Source: Octopus vulgaris (taxonomy: Eukaryota). Taken from it: 64,000 nt of DNA. Below are positions 1 through 13,821 of the stretch, piece by piece; within the stretch, counting starts at the first letter, position 1; the number at the start of each line of letters is the position of its first letter. Both the position numbers and the translations under genes were made by a program. Where the stretch lies: positions 49,600,001 through 49,664,000 of the forward strand of contig OX597823.1 of the NCBI GenBank assembly GCA_951406725.2, read 5' to 3'. The notes under the pieces are model-generated. The model saw nothing but the letters and a program-made list of their open reading frames with translations. It made no database searches and was not told the DNA's origin.

Positions 1-268
1 ACATAAATTCCAATTGACAAGAGTTTATTTTAATTCACCTAATACAGTTTCTTCAGGCTTTGTCAACATGTTGTGTATTTTTAAGAGATTCTTTTGCAAA
101 ACTTTATAAACAATAAATCTGAAGATTTGTGGAAAGTCAATCATCCTTATTTAGCTGTTTTAAAAAAAGGTTTGATGCACTTTTAAAAGAAAAACAGTGT
201 TATAATAAGCACTGTATAGATCTAAGACTTAGGGTGCTAAAACTACTGATAATACAGGCATAAGTTCA

Positions 269-482
269 GGTGGCAAGCTGGCAGAATCATTAGCATGCTG
301 GGCAAAATGCTTAGCAGCTTTTCATATCTTTATGTTCGGAGTTCAAATTCCATCAAGGTTGATTTTGCATTTCATCTCTTCAGAATTGATGAAATAAGTA
401 CCATTTAAGGACAAGAGTCAATGTAGTCAACTTACCTGCTCCCTAGGAATTTGCTGGCCTTGTGCCAAATATTTAAAACCAA
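269..482 (+). mobile_element. SINE family A
   Basis: Homology to the head and core of 18343-18571. Confidence 0.8.
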
Positions 483-839
483 AGAAATGCAGGTTCTACT
501 CATTCAAAATTGAGAAATTAGCCAAAGAAGGGAATCTATCTGCAAAACTAAAATTGTTCCAAACAAACCACTTTTCTCACACAAGAATAAAAAAATGGCA
601 ATAAAACTATTTTCCCCTTTATTGCAGAGCAAATTTGGAATTGTTGTAAAGTTCTCTTTGTTCATTTATAAAGTTATTATCTGAGCACAATATTGTTATT
701 CATCGTTCATTATAACAAGAACCTCTGAGTTAAATGGTTAAAACCTTTCTAGTACAGTCATCAGTGTAAATATAACATTATTCCTTGAATTTACAACCTA
801 CTCGTATGAACTGTTTTGTTTTAAAATAGATCCTGTCAA

Positions 840-1043
840 AGGCAGTGAGCTGGCTGAATCATTAACACACCGAGAAAAATACTTAGCAGCATTTTGTCTG
901 TTTTTATGTCCTGAGTTCAAATTCTTTGCTTTTTATCCTTTTAGGGGCTGATAAAGTAAGTACCTGTTGAGCACTGGGATTGATATAATCAACTTATTCA
1001 ACTTCCACAAAATTTCAGGCCAGTTCCTATAGTAGAAAGTAAT
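840..1043 (+). mobile_element. SINE family A
   Basis: Homology to 269-482. Confidence 0.8.
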
Positions 1044-1845
1044 ATAGTTTCTGTCCTGATAGAATTGCTTAATTATTACATTACCTTATGGTGATATAAG
1101 AATGCCTGTTTCAGTCATTTGCTGGCAGCCAGGTTGGGTCACCACCTTTGAGAGTTCAGTTGATCACACTGACCCCAGTTCTTATTAGAGTGTCACAACT
1201 ATTTTATCAAACAGTTAAGCACACACCCACACACACACACACACACACACATACAAACAAACCCCATACATACACACACACACACAATAGGTTTCTGAAG
1301 TGTTTCCAGCTACCAAATTCTTCTCACAAAGCATCAATCTACACAAGAATACAGTAAAAGCAGTTACCCCAATACAGTTGTGAACCAAAATTTATAACAT
1401 CTCAGTCATTTGTGCACATACATCATATACTAGTGTCTGCCATCAAGGAATTTTTTTTGTCATAATAAATTTTACATCAGAATATTATAAAAGAACGATA
1501 TATCAGAAGTATGCAGCATTATTCTACACACCATAAAGTATCTTTGACCAGTAGACATTCTGTGTACATATGTCATCACCAAACTAAAGCAGCAGTCATA
1601 TTTACTACCACCACCACCACCACCACCATTGCAATAACTACAGGAATCACATACCAAAAACACATCTACAACACCACACTATACTTACTACATTCACCTT
1701 TCCAAGATATATAAAGAAAAAAATTAAAATGGATCTTAATCAGAATTTCCAACAGTGAGTTTCAGTTGTTTGATGAGCTGAACTACCTACTCATCGAATT
1801 AGCATGATAGTGGCTGAGTACTCCACAGATATGTGTACTCTAAAC

Positions 1846-1988
1846 CAGTGGCATATGGTGGTTATTGTATTAGGTGTGCTGCCACACCCAATGCCACGAA
1901 ATTTCAAGGAAGGGTATAACAAAAGTTTTCTATTAAAATTTGTGATTAAATTTGTGCAGACCTAGCACACCCAGAATATACACCCTTG
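1846..1988. mobile_element. Short MITE with imperfect 8-bp target duplication
   Basis: Ends CAGTGGCATAT / ATACACCCTTG. Flanks CTCTAAAC and CTCTAACT. Confidence 0.55.
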
Positions 1989-2001
1989 CTCTAACTCTTA
2001 A

Positions 2002-2208
2002 ACTTTTGGTATTTAAACCAACCATATCCAGCATAAATTTTCTACCTGTTTTATGTTCAAACTGGCCAGGTCTAGCCACTCACACCTACCCAATTCTGAA
2101 AATAAGCAATAATATTGTTAAAATCTTGAAGCTACAAGATAACGCATGATTAATTTTTTAAAATGTGAATAAATTAGCATTGCATTTGACAGAGTAATCA
2201 GAATGCTA
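2002..2208 (-). mobile_element. piggyBac-type MITE, family 1 (one end eroded)
   Basis: Internal homology to 33495-33715. Confidence 0.75.
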
Positions 2209-2539
2209 CTCAGCCAAACTTTTGTATTACATGGACAATCAATCCAGCAGGCTTCCATACAGTTTCTATCAACCTAATTTCACTCACAAGGCTTTAGTTG
2301 AACTCATACTATTGTAAAGAAAACCTTGCTCAAGAAACTATAATGTGCAATCAAACTTGGGACTTTGTGACTGTGAAGTAAACTTCTTAACTGTTTGGCC
2401 AAACTGCATCTACTCCTCTGAGATAAAGATGATAACCACAGCACCAGTTGTAGTTTTGTGCTGTGTTTCTGTATTTTATAAACCAAAGGATAACTGCTCT
2501 TCATTCTTCTTAATCACCTCCACTTCAATCCTAATCAGA

Positions 2540-2811
2540 TTCTCCTGTTGTTTTTTTATCTTTTACTTGTTTCAGATGTTTGACTGTGACCATGCTGCAG
2601 CAATACCTTGCAGAATTTTTAGTTGAATGAATTGATTCCAGTACTTTTTTTTTTAAGTCTGGTACTAATTCTATCAGTCTCTTTTGAAGAAATACTAAGT
2701 TACAGGGAAGTAAACATACCAACATTGGTTGTCAAGCAATGGTTAAGGGCAAACACAGTCACAAAAACATTCACACATAGACAAATGTATATATTTATAC
2801 ATATATTTATA

Positions 2812-2856
<45 letters not shown>

Positions 2857-2857
2857 G

Positions 2858-2900
<43 letters not shown>

Positions 2901-3055
2901 GATGGGCAGTTTCAGTCTACTAAATCCACTTACAAGGTTTTGGTCAGTCCAAGGCTATAGCAGAAGACACTCACCCAAGATGCACACAATGGGACTGAGC
3001 CAAGCACCATGTGATTGGGAAGAAAACTTCTTACCACACAGCTATGCCTGCACCT
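2540..3055 (-). mobile_element. SINE family B
   Basis: Reverse-complement homology to 5792-6222 with internal (TA)n. Confidence 0.78.
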
Positions 3056-4027
3056 AGATGTCAAAATGGTCAACCCTAGACTCTCTTTTAATAGGTGAAC
3101 ACAGATTATTATCTTCTGAGTTGTATCCAGTTAGATAGTGCAGGGCAGAGTATGCAGTATGGTTTTGCAAGCCTTGTATATTTAGTATGGTTTGGCCTTG
3201 GTTATGCCTCCAAATTTGATTGGTTGCCTCTTTGTCACAGATCATTTTCATCAGAGAAAATTATGGTTATTCCACAATATCTCTAATTTAATCAGTCTTC
3301 TGCCTGAAGAAATTTCTGATCAAGAGAACGTAATGCCATCTCATTTGCTGTAACTTACAAAACCACAATTTACCAAGTTAGTTAGTTGCCTATTCCTCTT
3401 AATAGCAGTCTGAAAGATATTTTAATTATCTTAATTAGAAAAATGAATAATCCAAAACTGGTTTGTTTCTCATCTTTTGACATGTATGGAATATTGATGA
3501 GATTAAACTATTTGTATTATTTGTCTTCCTTTTCTCCCAACCTGTCAGGAGATTTAATTTGTGAACTCAGCTATGTAAGTTATATAAACAGAAAACCAAC
3601 TAGACCAGAACAAATGCTGCTTGAATAGTTCTATAAAAATTCTCATAGTTATTGTGAGTTAAACTCACTACAAACAGACTACGTAATCATGTTTTGATTT
3701 ACGCAAAGAACAGGTAATACTAATGCCTATGAAAAGGCATTTATATCACAACATCAATTCTGTTCAGTTGTGCAAATCTAAAACTTCATATTATATTAAA
3801 GTAAATATAGAAATCATTATGATAACAAAGTAAAGAAATTTTCTGTAATTCTTTGCATTGTTGATGTGGAATGGTAGAGTAGTGAATATTTTGTTATCAT
3901 GCAGCTAAAGCAGAGGTGGCTCTGCCATTGCCTTATGAGCATTTCAGCTCAGAGCGGTTCTCTTTTGACCCCAACATGAGAGTTTCTGCTCAGTACTGCT
4001 TGTGAGAAAAACTAATCAATTGTATTA

Positions 4028-4340
4028 TGTCATCATCATCATCATAATTTAAAGTTTTTTTCTCCATGCTGGCAAGGGTTGGATGGTTCAACATTAACCA
4101 ACAAGTCAGAAGGCTGTGCTGAGCCCCAGTGTCTGCTTTGATATGGTTTCTACAGTTGGCTGTACTTTCTGATGTCAACTACCTCATCTCACAGTGTGTA
4201 CTGAGTACTTTTGCATGCAACCACTACTAGTGAGGTCACCAAGTACCCACAAGACAAGATTCTTCAACTGAATGGAGTATGGTATTGAAGGATAATAAAG
4301 TATGATAGTAGAACAGATGCAGGTATCTTACTGAAGAGGT
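4028..4340 (-). mobile_element. RTE-tailed non-autonomous element, diverged
   Basis: (CAT)n followed by TTTCTCCATGCTGGCAAGGGTTGGA. Confidence 0.65.
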
Positions 4341-4454
4341 GAATATGTACTATATGAAACCACTCTGAAGTGATCTGATAGCCTATTTATTCTATCAAAT
4401 ACAATAAATAGGATGTTGTGCATTTGTCAATGCTTTAAAAATTTTCGTTAAATC

Positions 4455-4773
4455 GCTACCTTTGGGCAAGTGTCTTCTACTATAGCCTCAGGCCGACCAA
4501 AGACTTGTGAGTGGATTTGGTAGAGAAACTGAAAGAAGTCTGTCATATATATAAGTGTGTGTGTGTGTGTTTGTCACCCCACCATTGCTTGACAGCTGAT
4601 GCTGGTGAGTTTATGTCCCCGTACCTTAGCGGCTCAGCAAAAGAGACTGATAGAATAAGTACTAGGCTTACAGACAATTAGTCCAAGGGTCGATTTCTTC
4701 AACTAAAACCCTTTAAGGCAGTGCTCCAGTATGGCCATGGTCAAATGACTGAAACAAGTAAAAGAATAAAAGA
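4455..4773 (+). mobile_element. SINE family B, 5' truncated
   Basis: Homology to 5792-6222. Confidence 0.8.
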
Positions 4774-5074
4774 ACTCTTTCTTAAGTCTATAAGCAAAGT
4801 AGACAAAATACCAACAAGTTTCAATTATACATTGTACAACAACAAATAATCCACTACATGATCTCTTGACCAACTAGAAACACTAGCAATTACACCCTAC
4901 TTTCTTGAATGAGGTAAGACACATTGAACAATCATGGTTGGAAGGCTTTTCATTATATATCTGATTGATCAGAACTGAAGAATTGTTCATTGAGTCACTC
5001 AGCTTGTACAATAGATTCATATAATATATTATATATCATAGATTACTCCCCCACAACCACCACCACTCTTAGTC

Positions 5075-5592
5075 TAGAAGTTCCTGTCTTGCAAGGTACT
5101 TGGTGATCCAATCAATACTGGTCCACATAAGAAAACACTGGTGGTGCCAAATAAAATGCACTGGTGCTGGTGCCACATAAAATGCACTAGTGTTTGGTGC
5201 CATGTAAAAAGCACTGGTGCTAGTACCACATAAAAAATACTGGTGTTGGTGCCATGTGAAAAAAAACACTGGTGCTGGTACCACATAAAAAGCACTGGTG
5301 TTGGTGCTATGTAAAAAGCACTGGTACTGGTACCACATAAAAAATAATTGTGATGATGCCAAGTAAAAAACACTGATAATAGTATCATGTAAAAAGCAAT
5401 GGTGGTGGTGCCACGTATAAAGCGCCCAGTACACTCTGTAAAGTGGTTGGCATTAGGAAGAGCATCCAGCTGTAGAAACCGTGCCAAAAAAAGACTACGG
5501 AACCTGGTGTGGCTTCTGGTCTTGCCAGCTCCTGTCACACTGTCAAACCTATGTCAGCATGGAAAAATGGATGCTAAATGATGATGATGATG
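5075..5592 (+). mobile_element. RTE-tailed non-autonomous element with about 11-12 minisatellite units
   Basis: AAAAGCACTGGTGYTGGTRCCAYRT units at 5130-5420 and a (GAT)n tail. Confidence 0.8.
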
Positions 5593-5791
5593 AAAAAGAT
5601 CACCAAATGAGTCAACAGAGCTAATATGGACTATAATGATAATGTATTTGGACCAAGATATGGTGAAGTCTGGTGCATTGTAATGAGCAACTAACATGAA
5701 ACATTAAAGTAAAACCTATAGTCATGCTGGACATAGTCCCTGTTGAACTAATGTCGGGTTGATCGTTTCTCTTTTCTTCAGAATCCAAGTC

Positions 5792-5959
5792 AGGTGAGAA
5801 GCTTGCTTTCCAACCACATGGTTCTGGGTACAGTCCCACTGCATGGTACCTTGGGCAAATGCCTTCTATTATATAGCCTCAGGCTGCCCAAAGACTTGTG
5901 AGTGGATTTGGTAGACAGAAACTGAAAGCAGCCCATCATGTGTGTGTGTATGTGTGTTT

Positions 5960-6012
<53 letters not shown>

Positions 6013-6222
6013 TTTTCTACCACTGCTTGACAACCAGTGTTGGTGTGTCTTTGTCCTCATAACTTAGAGGTTTAACAAAAGAGACTGATAGAATAATTAC
6101 CAGTATTAAAAAAAAACAAACTAAGTACTGGAGTTGATCTATCTGTCTAAAAATTCTTCAAGGTGGTGTCCCAGCATGGCCATACTCTAATGATTGAAAC
6201 ATGCAAAACAAAAAAGAAAAGA
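5792..6222 (+). mobile_element. SINE family B (tRNA-like head, internal (GT)n/(TA)n, CR1-like 3' tail)
   Basis: CCAACCACATGGTT...CAGTCCCACTG, GTGAGTGGATTTGGTAGA, microsatellite, CCAGCATGGCC...TGAAAC tail. Confidence 0.82.
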
Positions 6223-6279
6223 TAAATCAATTTCTTAGTGTCATGGTATCTATAAATTAACTCTTCTGCAAATCATATT

Positions 6280-6484
6280 AGTTTCAAATTTTGGCACAAG
6301 GCCAGCAATTTCGGGGATGGGAGTAAGTCAATTATATTGAGCCAAGTACTCAACTAGTACTTATTTTATCAATTCCGAAAGGATGTAGGGTGAAGTTGAC
6401 CTTAGGGAAATTTGAGCTTAGAACATAAAGACAGACAAAATACCACTAAACATCTTGCCCGGTATGATAACAATTCTACCAGCA
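6280..6484 (-). mobile_element. SINE family A
   Basis: Reverse-complement homology. Abuts the RTE tail. Confidence 0.78.
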
Positions 6485-6489
6485 CACCA

Positions 6490-7935
6490 CCATCATCATC
6501 ATCATCATCATCGTCGTTTAGCGTCCGTTTTCCATGCTAGCATGGGTTGGACGGTTCTACTGGGGTCTGTGAAGCCAGAAGGCTTCATCAGGCCCAGTCA
6601 AATCTGGCAGTGTTTCTACGGCTGGATGCCCTTCCTAACGCCAACCACTCCGTGAGTGTAGTGGGTGCTTTTTGCGTGCCACCCGCACAGGTGCCAGACA
6701 GAGCTGGCAAACGGCCACGAACGGATGGTGCTTTTTATGTGCCACCGGCACAAGGGCCAGGCGAGGCTGGCAACGGACACGAAACGGGGCGGTGCTGGCA
6801 ACGGTCGCGAAACGGTAAGGTTCTCTTACATGCCACCGGCACTGGTAACACATCTGCAATTTCCATTGATCGATTTCCATTCTGATCCTTACTTGCCTCA
6901 ACGGGTCTTCACAAGTAGAGTTTCGACATGCCACCGGCACTGGTAACACATCTGCAATTTCCATTGATCGATTTTCATTCTGATCCTCACTTGCCTCAAC
7001 GGGTCTTCACAAGTAGAGTTTCGACATGCCGCCGGCACTGGTAACACATCTGCAATTTCCATTGATCGATTTCGATTCTGATCCTCACTTGCCTCAACAG
7101 GTCTTCACAAGTAGAGTTTTGTGTCCCAAGAAGGGAAGGTATGCATACGTAGGCTGGCTCCATCCCAAGTAGAAGGCCACGGGTTATGGACTCATTTGTC
7201 CTGCCGGGTCTTCTCGCGCACAGCACACTTCCAGAGGACTCGGTCTCTAGTCATTTCCTCAGTGAGACCTAAAGTTCGAAGGTCGTGCTTCACCACCTCG
7301 TCCCAGGTTTTCCTGGGTCTGCCTCTTCCACAGGTTCCCTCAACCGCTAGGGTGTGGCACTTTTTCACACAACTATCTTCATCCATTCTCGCCACATGAC
7401 CATACCAGCGCAATCGTCTCTCTTGCACACCACAACTGATGCTTCTTAGGTCCAGCTTTTCTCTCAAGGTACTTACACTCTGTCGATTATGAACACTGAC
7501 ATTACACATCCATTGGAGCATACTGGCTTCATTTCTTGCGAGCTTACGCATATCCTCAGCAGTCACGGCCCATGTTTCACTGCCATGTAGCATGGCTGTT
7601 CGTACACACGCATCATACAGTCTGCCTTTCACTCTGTGCGAGAGGCCTTTTGTCACCAGCAGAGGTAAGAGCTCTCTGAGCTTTGCCCAAGCTATTCTTA
7701 CTCTAGCAGTTACACTTTCAGCACACCCACCCCCGCTACTGACTTGGTCACCTAGGTAACGGAAACTATCAACTATTTCTAGTTTTTCTCCCTGGAAAGT
7801 GACGGAAGTTGGTCTCAGAGCATTTTCAGTGTTTATTGTTCCTGAGCATCTGCCACATACAAAAACCATCTTCCTAGTTAGCCTTCCTTTGACATTGCTG
7901 CACCTCTTATGTGTCCATAGCTTACACTTGGTGCA
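6490..7935 (-). mobile_element. 5'-truncated RTE-clade LINE (RT C-terminal part, 3' UTR, (ATG)n tail)
   Basis: ORF 7192-7869 with FRYLG, MLHGSETW, RRLRWYGHV and RGRPRKTW motifs. 3' UTR ends in (ATG)n. CATCATCAT at both junctions. Confidence 0.92.
6828..7119. repeat. Three tandem 98-bp units inside the RTE 3' UTR
   Basis: ACATGCC...GTAGAGTTT units start at 6828, 6926 and 7024 and are nearly identical. Confidence 0.95.
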
Positions 7936-8277
7936 TCATCATCTGCAAATCATATTAGCATATTGTAGAGGTCAATATTATCAAGTTTGAGAGGAATCAA
8001 AAAAAAAACTAGAAACAAAACTACTGAATAATAAGCAGTAAGTAAAATAAATGTTTACAAATATCAGATCATTGTGCATGTATAAAGATTTACTTAGAAT
8101 GATATTTTAAATCCACCATATTTTCTGCATTCTTCCATCAGTATGCATAAATATTCTATTTCTTGATAAGTCATACAAGTATTAATGAATCTGAATTAAT
8201 TATGGATTCTAAAAAGCTTAGAATTATAATTCAAGTCAACAGAATGATGCAACAATAATTTAAAATCTTTTTGCAGA

Positions 8278-8638
8278 TCACTGCAATGCAGGGGTACCTT
8301 GAAGAATTTTTTACTTAAATAAATCAACACCAGTAATTATTATTTTTTTTAAAGCCTGGCACTTATTCTATCGGGCTCTTTGTGCCAAACTGTTAAGTTA
8401 TGGGGACATAAAAAGCCAACAGCAGTTGTCAAGTGGTGGTGAGGGACAAACAGATACAAACACATACACATATATACAGTGGGCTTCTTTCAGTTTCCAT
8501 CTAGTAAATCTTCTCACAAGGCTTAGGTCGGCCTGAAGGTATAGTAGAAGGCACTTGCATAAGGTGCACTCAGTGGGACTAAACCCAGAACAATGTGTTT
8601 GGGAAGCAAACTTCTTACCACATAGCCACACCTGCACC
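8278..8638 (-). mobile_element. SINE family B
   Basis: Reverse-complement homology. Confidence 0.78.
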
Positions 8639-9270
8639 TAATATCGTCAACTAAGATAATAATGACCACTCAGACTGCTTTAAATGTGGAATTATTAAAA
8701 CAAACAATGAATGTAACCTTGAAAGGTCACTAAAATGTATTAAGACAAAACGCTTGAAAGAATAAGTTATGTGTAGGCAACAGATTTCACAAAAGTGCCA
8801 AAGACTCAAAGAATGGCTTGTCTCAGTAGACAGAGGGCCAGTAAAAAATCAGGCCCACAAAACATAGACTGGGAGCTCTGGTGGATTGACAAAAATGCCA
8901 TAGGTTCAGGAACAGGTGGTGCAAGAATGTGCAAGCACCTCCCATAAAAATTTGGTGGGAGAAATAAAAACAATTTACACATCCTCTTAAAAAACTGGTT
9001 TTGCACCTCCTAAGCAAATTTTGTTCATGCATTTATGAATGAAGCAGAACTGTGGAGCTTCCCATGACCACCTCACAGAATTTGTTCACCAAGACAAGCT
9101 ACATCATCCACTTACAGGGGCAAGGAGCTTACTCATGCTGTCTTCTGCTTTTTATACATCTCTATATCTTTGAGGTTTTAGTCATGAATTCTGAATAGTC
9201 ATAATCTAAAATCTATTGTTTATTTACTGCTTAGATATCTCATTGGAAGTAGTAAATAAGTTTCTTTTAA

Positions 9271-9491
9271 TCCTTTAGCATTTAGATTATTTTGTCAAAT
9301 GTAATACTTATTTACCCATATTGGTTTGAATTAAACATGCATTATCTTATAACTTTGAGATTTCGACGATGTGCTTATTTACTTTTAGAATGACATTGTA
9401 GGGTAGGTGTGAGAGGCCAAATCTGGCTGGTTTTCAAAATAAAACAGGTGGAATATTTCGACCAGATATGACCAGTTTAAATGCTAAATGG
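9271..9491 (+). mobile_element. piggyBac-type MITE, family 1
   Basis: TTAA flanks and CCTTTAGCAT / ATGCTAAATGG ends. Homologous copies elsewhere in the window. Confidence 0.85.
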
Positions 9492-9504
9492 TTAAATGAA
9501 TAAC

Positions 9505-9754
9505 CAGTGGTTATCAACTGGAGTCCATATGACCGTTGGAGGTCCATGTAAGATTTTGTTGTTAAAATTTATGTGCAATAAATTTGTTATACTTCTACAG
9601 TACACATAATATTTCAGCAGTTTTTGTACAATTCCTAATATTTAACCATAAAAATATGCAAGGATTTTTTAAAGCATTAACTGGCTATGGAGGTTCACCT
9701 GAGTGAAATAGGAATCAGAAGGAGTCCATAGGTAAAAATAGTTGAGAATGACTG
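9505..9754 (+). mobile_element. hAT-like MITE
   Basis: TIRs CAGTGGTTATCAAC / GTTGAGAATGACTG. Related copies at 10936-11190 and about 48268-48500. Confidence 0.75.
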
Positions 9755-10111
9755 GCCTAAACTCTGAGTAGATTTAGTAGATGAAAACTGAAAGAAGCCC
9801 ACTGCATATATGTGTGTGTATGTGTTTGTATCAGTGTTTGTTCCTTCCACTACCACTTGACAAATGGTGTTGGCTTTTTTATGTCACCATAACCTAACAG
9901 CTTAGCACAAAGAGACCGATAGAATAAGTCCCAGGTTTTACAAATAATAATAAATACTGGTGTTGATTCATTCAACTAAAAATGGAAGCTACTGGCTAGT
10001 GTTTAAAGGGCTTGAATAAAGTTTAGAGGACTCAGTGTAAATATTACTTATCTTGTCACCCAGCTATAGACTGTGATTTTAAAATACAATGTATAATAAA
10101 TGTAAGGTTGC

Positions 10112-10325
10112 AAGGCAATGAGCTTGCAGAATTGTTAGCATGTTAAGCAGTGTTTGACAGCAGTTCATGTTTTTATGTTCTGAGTTCAAATTCCGCCAAG
10201 GTTGACTTTGCCTTTCATCTTTTCATTCTCAATAAAATAAGTATCAGTTGAGCACTGGAGTTGATGTAATTGACTTACCCCAACCTCCTTAATTTCAGGC
10301 TTTGTGCCAAAATTTGAAACCAATA
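10112..10325 (+). mobile_element. SINE family A
   Basis: GAGTTCAAATTCCGCC B-box and core. Confidence 0.8.
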
Positions 10326-10935
10326 TACATAGGGTTGACTTTAAGTTTTTGATATTAAACCTAAACAAAGCAAGAGTTCTGAAAATGCAGTAACCAAGAG
10401 ATTAGTTATTCATAAGTGAATTTGTGTTATATAAATCAAGTATGGAAATGAAAAGCATTTATGTCTTCACAAAAACTATTACAATTGACATTAATTTTGT
10501 TATGGAACCAATAATAGTTATCATCTTTTATTCATTCTTAATTAGTTATAATCATTCTTTCCTAATTATTCTGAAAGAAAAGTATGACATAGATAACATG
10601 ATGACTTCCTTTGCGGTGTAAAAGTTATGAGCTCTATTTAGGAACCTACTATTCACGTTAAAAATATAGAGTTTCTCTTTCCTTCTAAAAGGGTGAGCAT
10701 ACAAGATGCCTGAATGAAGTGTGATGTTGTGTATTTGTGAAATATGAGCCCAGAAATCAGAGCATTTCCAGTGACTTATTATTATCATATGTTATGTTGA
10801 ATGTTAACTACTCAATAGGTTGAGTTCATGTCAAAATCTGATAGAATATCAATATTTTGAGATGGTATTCTAAGTAAAGACAGATGAGAATCTAGGAATG
10901 GAGACATCCTTAAAATGAATGACAAAGTTTTAGGC

Positions 10936-11190
10936 CAGTCATTCTCAACTATTTTTACCTATGGACCTCTTTTGATTTCTATTTCACTCAGGTGAATCCT
11001 CATAGCCAGTTGATGCTTTAAAAAAATCCTAGCATATTTTTATGGTTAAATATTATTAGGAAATGTACAAAAAACTATTAAAATATTACGTGAATTGTAG
11101 AAGTTTAAGCAATTCATTGCACATAAATTCTAAAAACAAAATCTTATATGGATCTCCAAGAGTCATATGGACTCCATTTGAGAACCGTTG
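10936..11190 (-). mobile_element. hAT-like MITE, inverted copy of 9505-9754
   Basis: Reverse-complement homology over the whole length. Confidence 0.8.
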
Positions 11191-11195
11191 GTCTC

Positions 11196-11505
11196 ATTAT
11201 CATCATCATCAATATTTAACATCCATTTTCCATTCTGGCATGAGTAAGATGGCTTGACAAGAACTGGCAAGGTCAGAGGCCACACCAGGTCTCATAATAT
11301 GTTTTGGTTTGGTTTCTATAGCTGGATACCCTTCTTAATGCCAGCCACTTTACAGAGTGTACTGGGTGCTTTTTATGTGGAACCATCACCAGTGATTTTT
11401 ATCTGGCACCAGTACCAGTTCCATTTTATGTGGCACCAGCACATACACCAATGGTTTTTTATGTAGCACCTTGGTTTTAGGATCTCAATTTTGTTGTGGT
11501 GGATG
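11196..11505 (-). mobile_element. RTE-tailed non-autonomous element
   Basis: Reverse complement of the 5075-5592 type. Confidence 0.7.
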
Positions 11506-12724
11506 GATCTTAAACAAATTCTTTGGACTGGAAGAGGCAAACCAAGAAATTTTAAATAAGTTAGGCCAGAGCTATGAATATTGAAACTGACTGTTGAGAA
11601 GAGAAATTGATGCTGTATTAAAACATATTCTAATTGAGTCTATAACTGTTGGCATTAGTAACAATTATAATATGGAAAAACAGTGATCGCTTTCCAGTGC
11701 AGAAACTGGTGATGGAAATGGTAGGATATGCAGCATTCCCCTATCTTTTCAACTCATGGAGAGGCAGGTAACATGCAGCATCTTGTCTCACCTTTCCAAT
11801 ATGAACCTCTCAGTCCTTAGTATAACTTTAGTTACTGACTCCTATTTCTATTACTACAAGAAACATTCCTGTTATGCCATCCTGATTGTAAAACGGCCAT
11901 GTCTAGTTAGTTAATGAAACCCTATATTACAGGGTATAACTTCATGATAGAGTTTTCAATTCTGAAAATAGAAAGAATAGGCAAACTAGTTATCAAAACA
12001 AAGTTTCCCTTTCATTCATATGAGTGTAAACAAAATTATGAATACCTTTGGTATTAAGTACCAATCATGTGAAGCACACAGTACCACTGTTGCAGTGATA
12101 GTGCTAAACATCAGTACTATGAAGCACAAATTGTTGTTTAGACCTAGAAATTTAGATTGAGGAAATCTAAGACCAAAAGCATTCCAACAGTGACCATCTT
12201 GTGTTTTAAGGATTATCTAGAATTACATTACCCATGTTGTGTCTTGTTTATAATTATGGGGGCTGATTTGGCAGCTATTTCTAGCAGTTGACTGACCACA
12301 CCTAGACTGCTTCATTTGCTTAATCAAGCACTAATGGTCTTATGTGCTACAGATAAGGAACAGAATACCTTTATGTTGTAAATAACTAGCTGCAACTCCA
12401 AAGATTATTACAGTTAATGAGATATTACATTTGTGTCAATGTTAATCAAACATGAGTTAAAGAAAATACATAAGTTGACCTTGTACATGAAGAAAACTGA
12501 ACCAATAATATAACACATGATATCCACGTTATATCATTTCCTTTAGAAAGTCAATACAATGATTTTCTACAACATCTATTTACTTCCATTAAAAACAAAT
12601 TAGTAGTTGGAATTAAAGAACTAAAAGACTTGTGACTACTGCCCACAATAAAAACTTCAAAAACGAGATACATTCTATCTCATGGGAATTGGTTTGTTTT
12701 ATTTTGTTTTTCGTTGTTATCTGA

Positions 12725-12955
12725 TGTTTGATAGACTTCTGTTTGTCAAATATTTACTGAACTTCTGTTCATCTAACGTTTACAGAACTTCTGATCACAT
12801 AATGCTTGCAATAAGTCTCGTTCATCTAATGTTTGCTAGACATCTGTTCATGTAATATTTGCTTGACATCTGTAAATACTTTTTTGCTAGTCTTCTGTTC
12901 ATCTGTCTGCAGGACTTCTGTTGACATATGTTTGCAAAACTTCTCTTCATCTAAA
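12725..12955. repeat. Degenerate 26-bp minisatellite, about 9 units
   Basis: ACTTCTGTTCATCTAATGTTTGC-like units at 12735, 12761, 12787, 12840, 12866, 12891, 12914 and 12939. Confidence 0.8.
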
Positions 12956-13634
12956 ACCATTTATCATCTCTGTAGGTCAAAAAATATCTTGTTGCAAATG
13001 CTTAGTACCAAGTCAGTGCTGACTGAGAAAAGCTATGATCAAAAGTATTATAGCTGTCACCATTTCATCTCTTTGAAGACATTGCATATAGATATACCTT
13101 CCCTACCATTTTGCAGATGGTAGAGTGTGATTTAAGAGAGGATTGGCTGTAAGTTTTAGTATAATAAACTATAATGTAGAGGCATTTCTGTTATAATAAC
13201 ATGAATATATGAAATTAGGCTTCTGATTTTTATACAGAACTTTGCAAACTGGCTATATCTTTGACAGTGATGTACTGAATGACAAAAATTTTCAAATAAA
13301 TTGAAATTTGCCTTTTAGAGACAGAAAATAAAACCTAGAAACAGTTTTTAGCAAGTGGGCAGATAATTTCAATAATTTCATTCTTGATTTCACAGAATAT
13401 TGAGGGAGATAATTTGATCTTTGTAAGCCAGCAGTTTTGGCTATATTCCAGTTTTATGAGACCTCTTCAGTAAAGCATAGTTTTCTGAAGAACAGAAACT
13501 TGTTTCAAGTAGAAAAAGGATATAAAGAATTATGATACATTTTTGCTCTACAAAATTTTTTTGAATAAATCAAATGTATCCATTTTGCAATTTCATTTTT
13601 TGTATTTTTCTTTTTTATTGTATTCATACACAGA

Positions 13635-13785
13635 TCCAGTAATGGCCACGTGTTTAAGGAGTTTGTGTTGCAACCACACAATTGCAGGTTTCATCCCACT
13701 ACATGTCATCTTGAGCTTCTACAATTACCACTAGTTGATTAATATCTTGTGAGTGAAAATGGGCGATAGAAATGTGTATATGTAC

Positions 13786-13821
<36 letters not shown>

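Noticed and set aside
4325-4380. CTGAAGA...GAAAC spacing
   Set aside because: No stem I or stem III partner, and it spans the edge of an RTE-derived repeat.
13418-13476. Degenerate minus-strand hammerhead (CTTTA CTGAAGA GG...CC AAAA C...)
   Set aside because: GAAA reads AAAA and the cleavage triplet and stem I are broken. Possibly a fossil, but not supportable.
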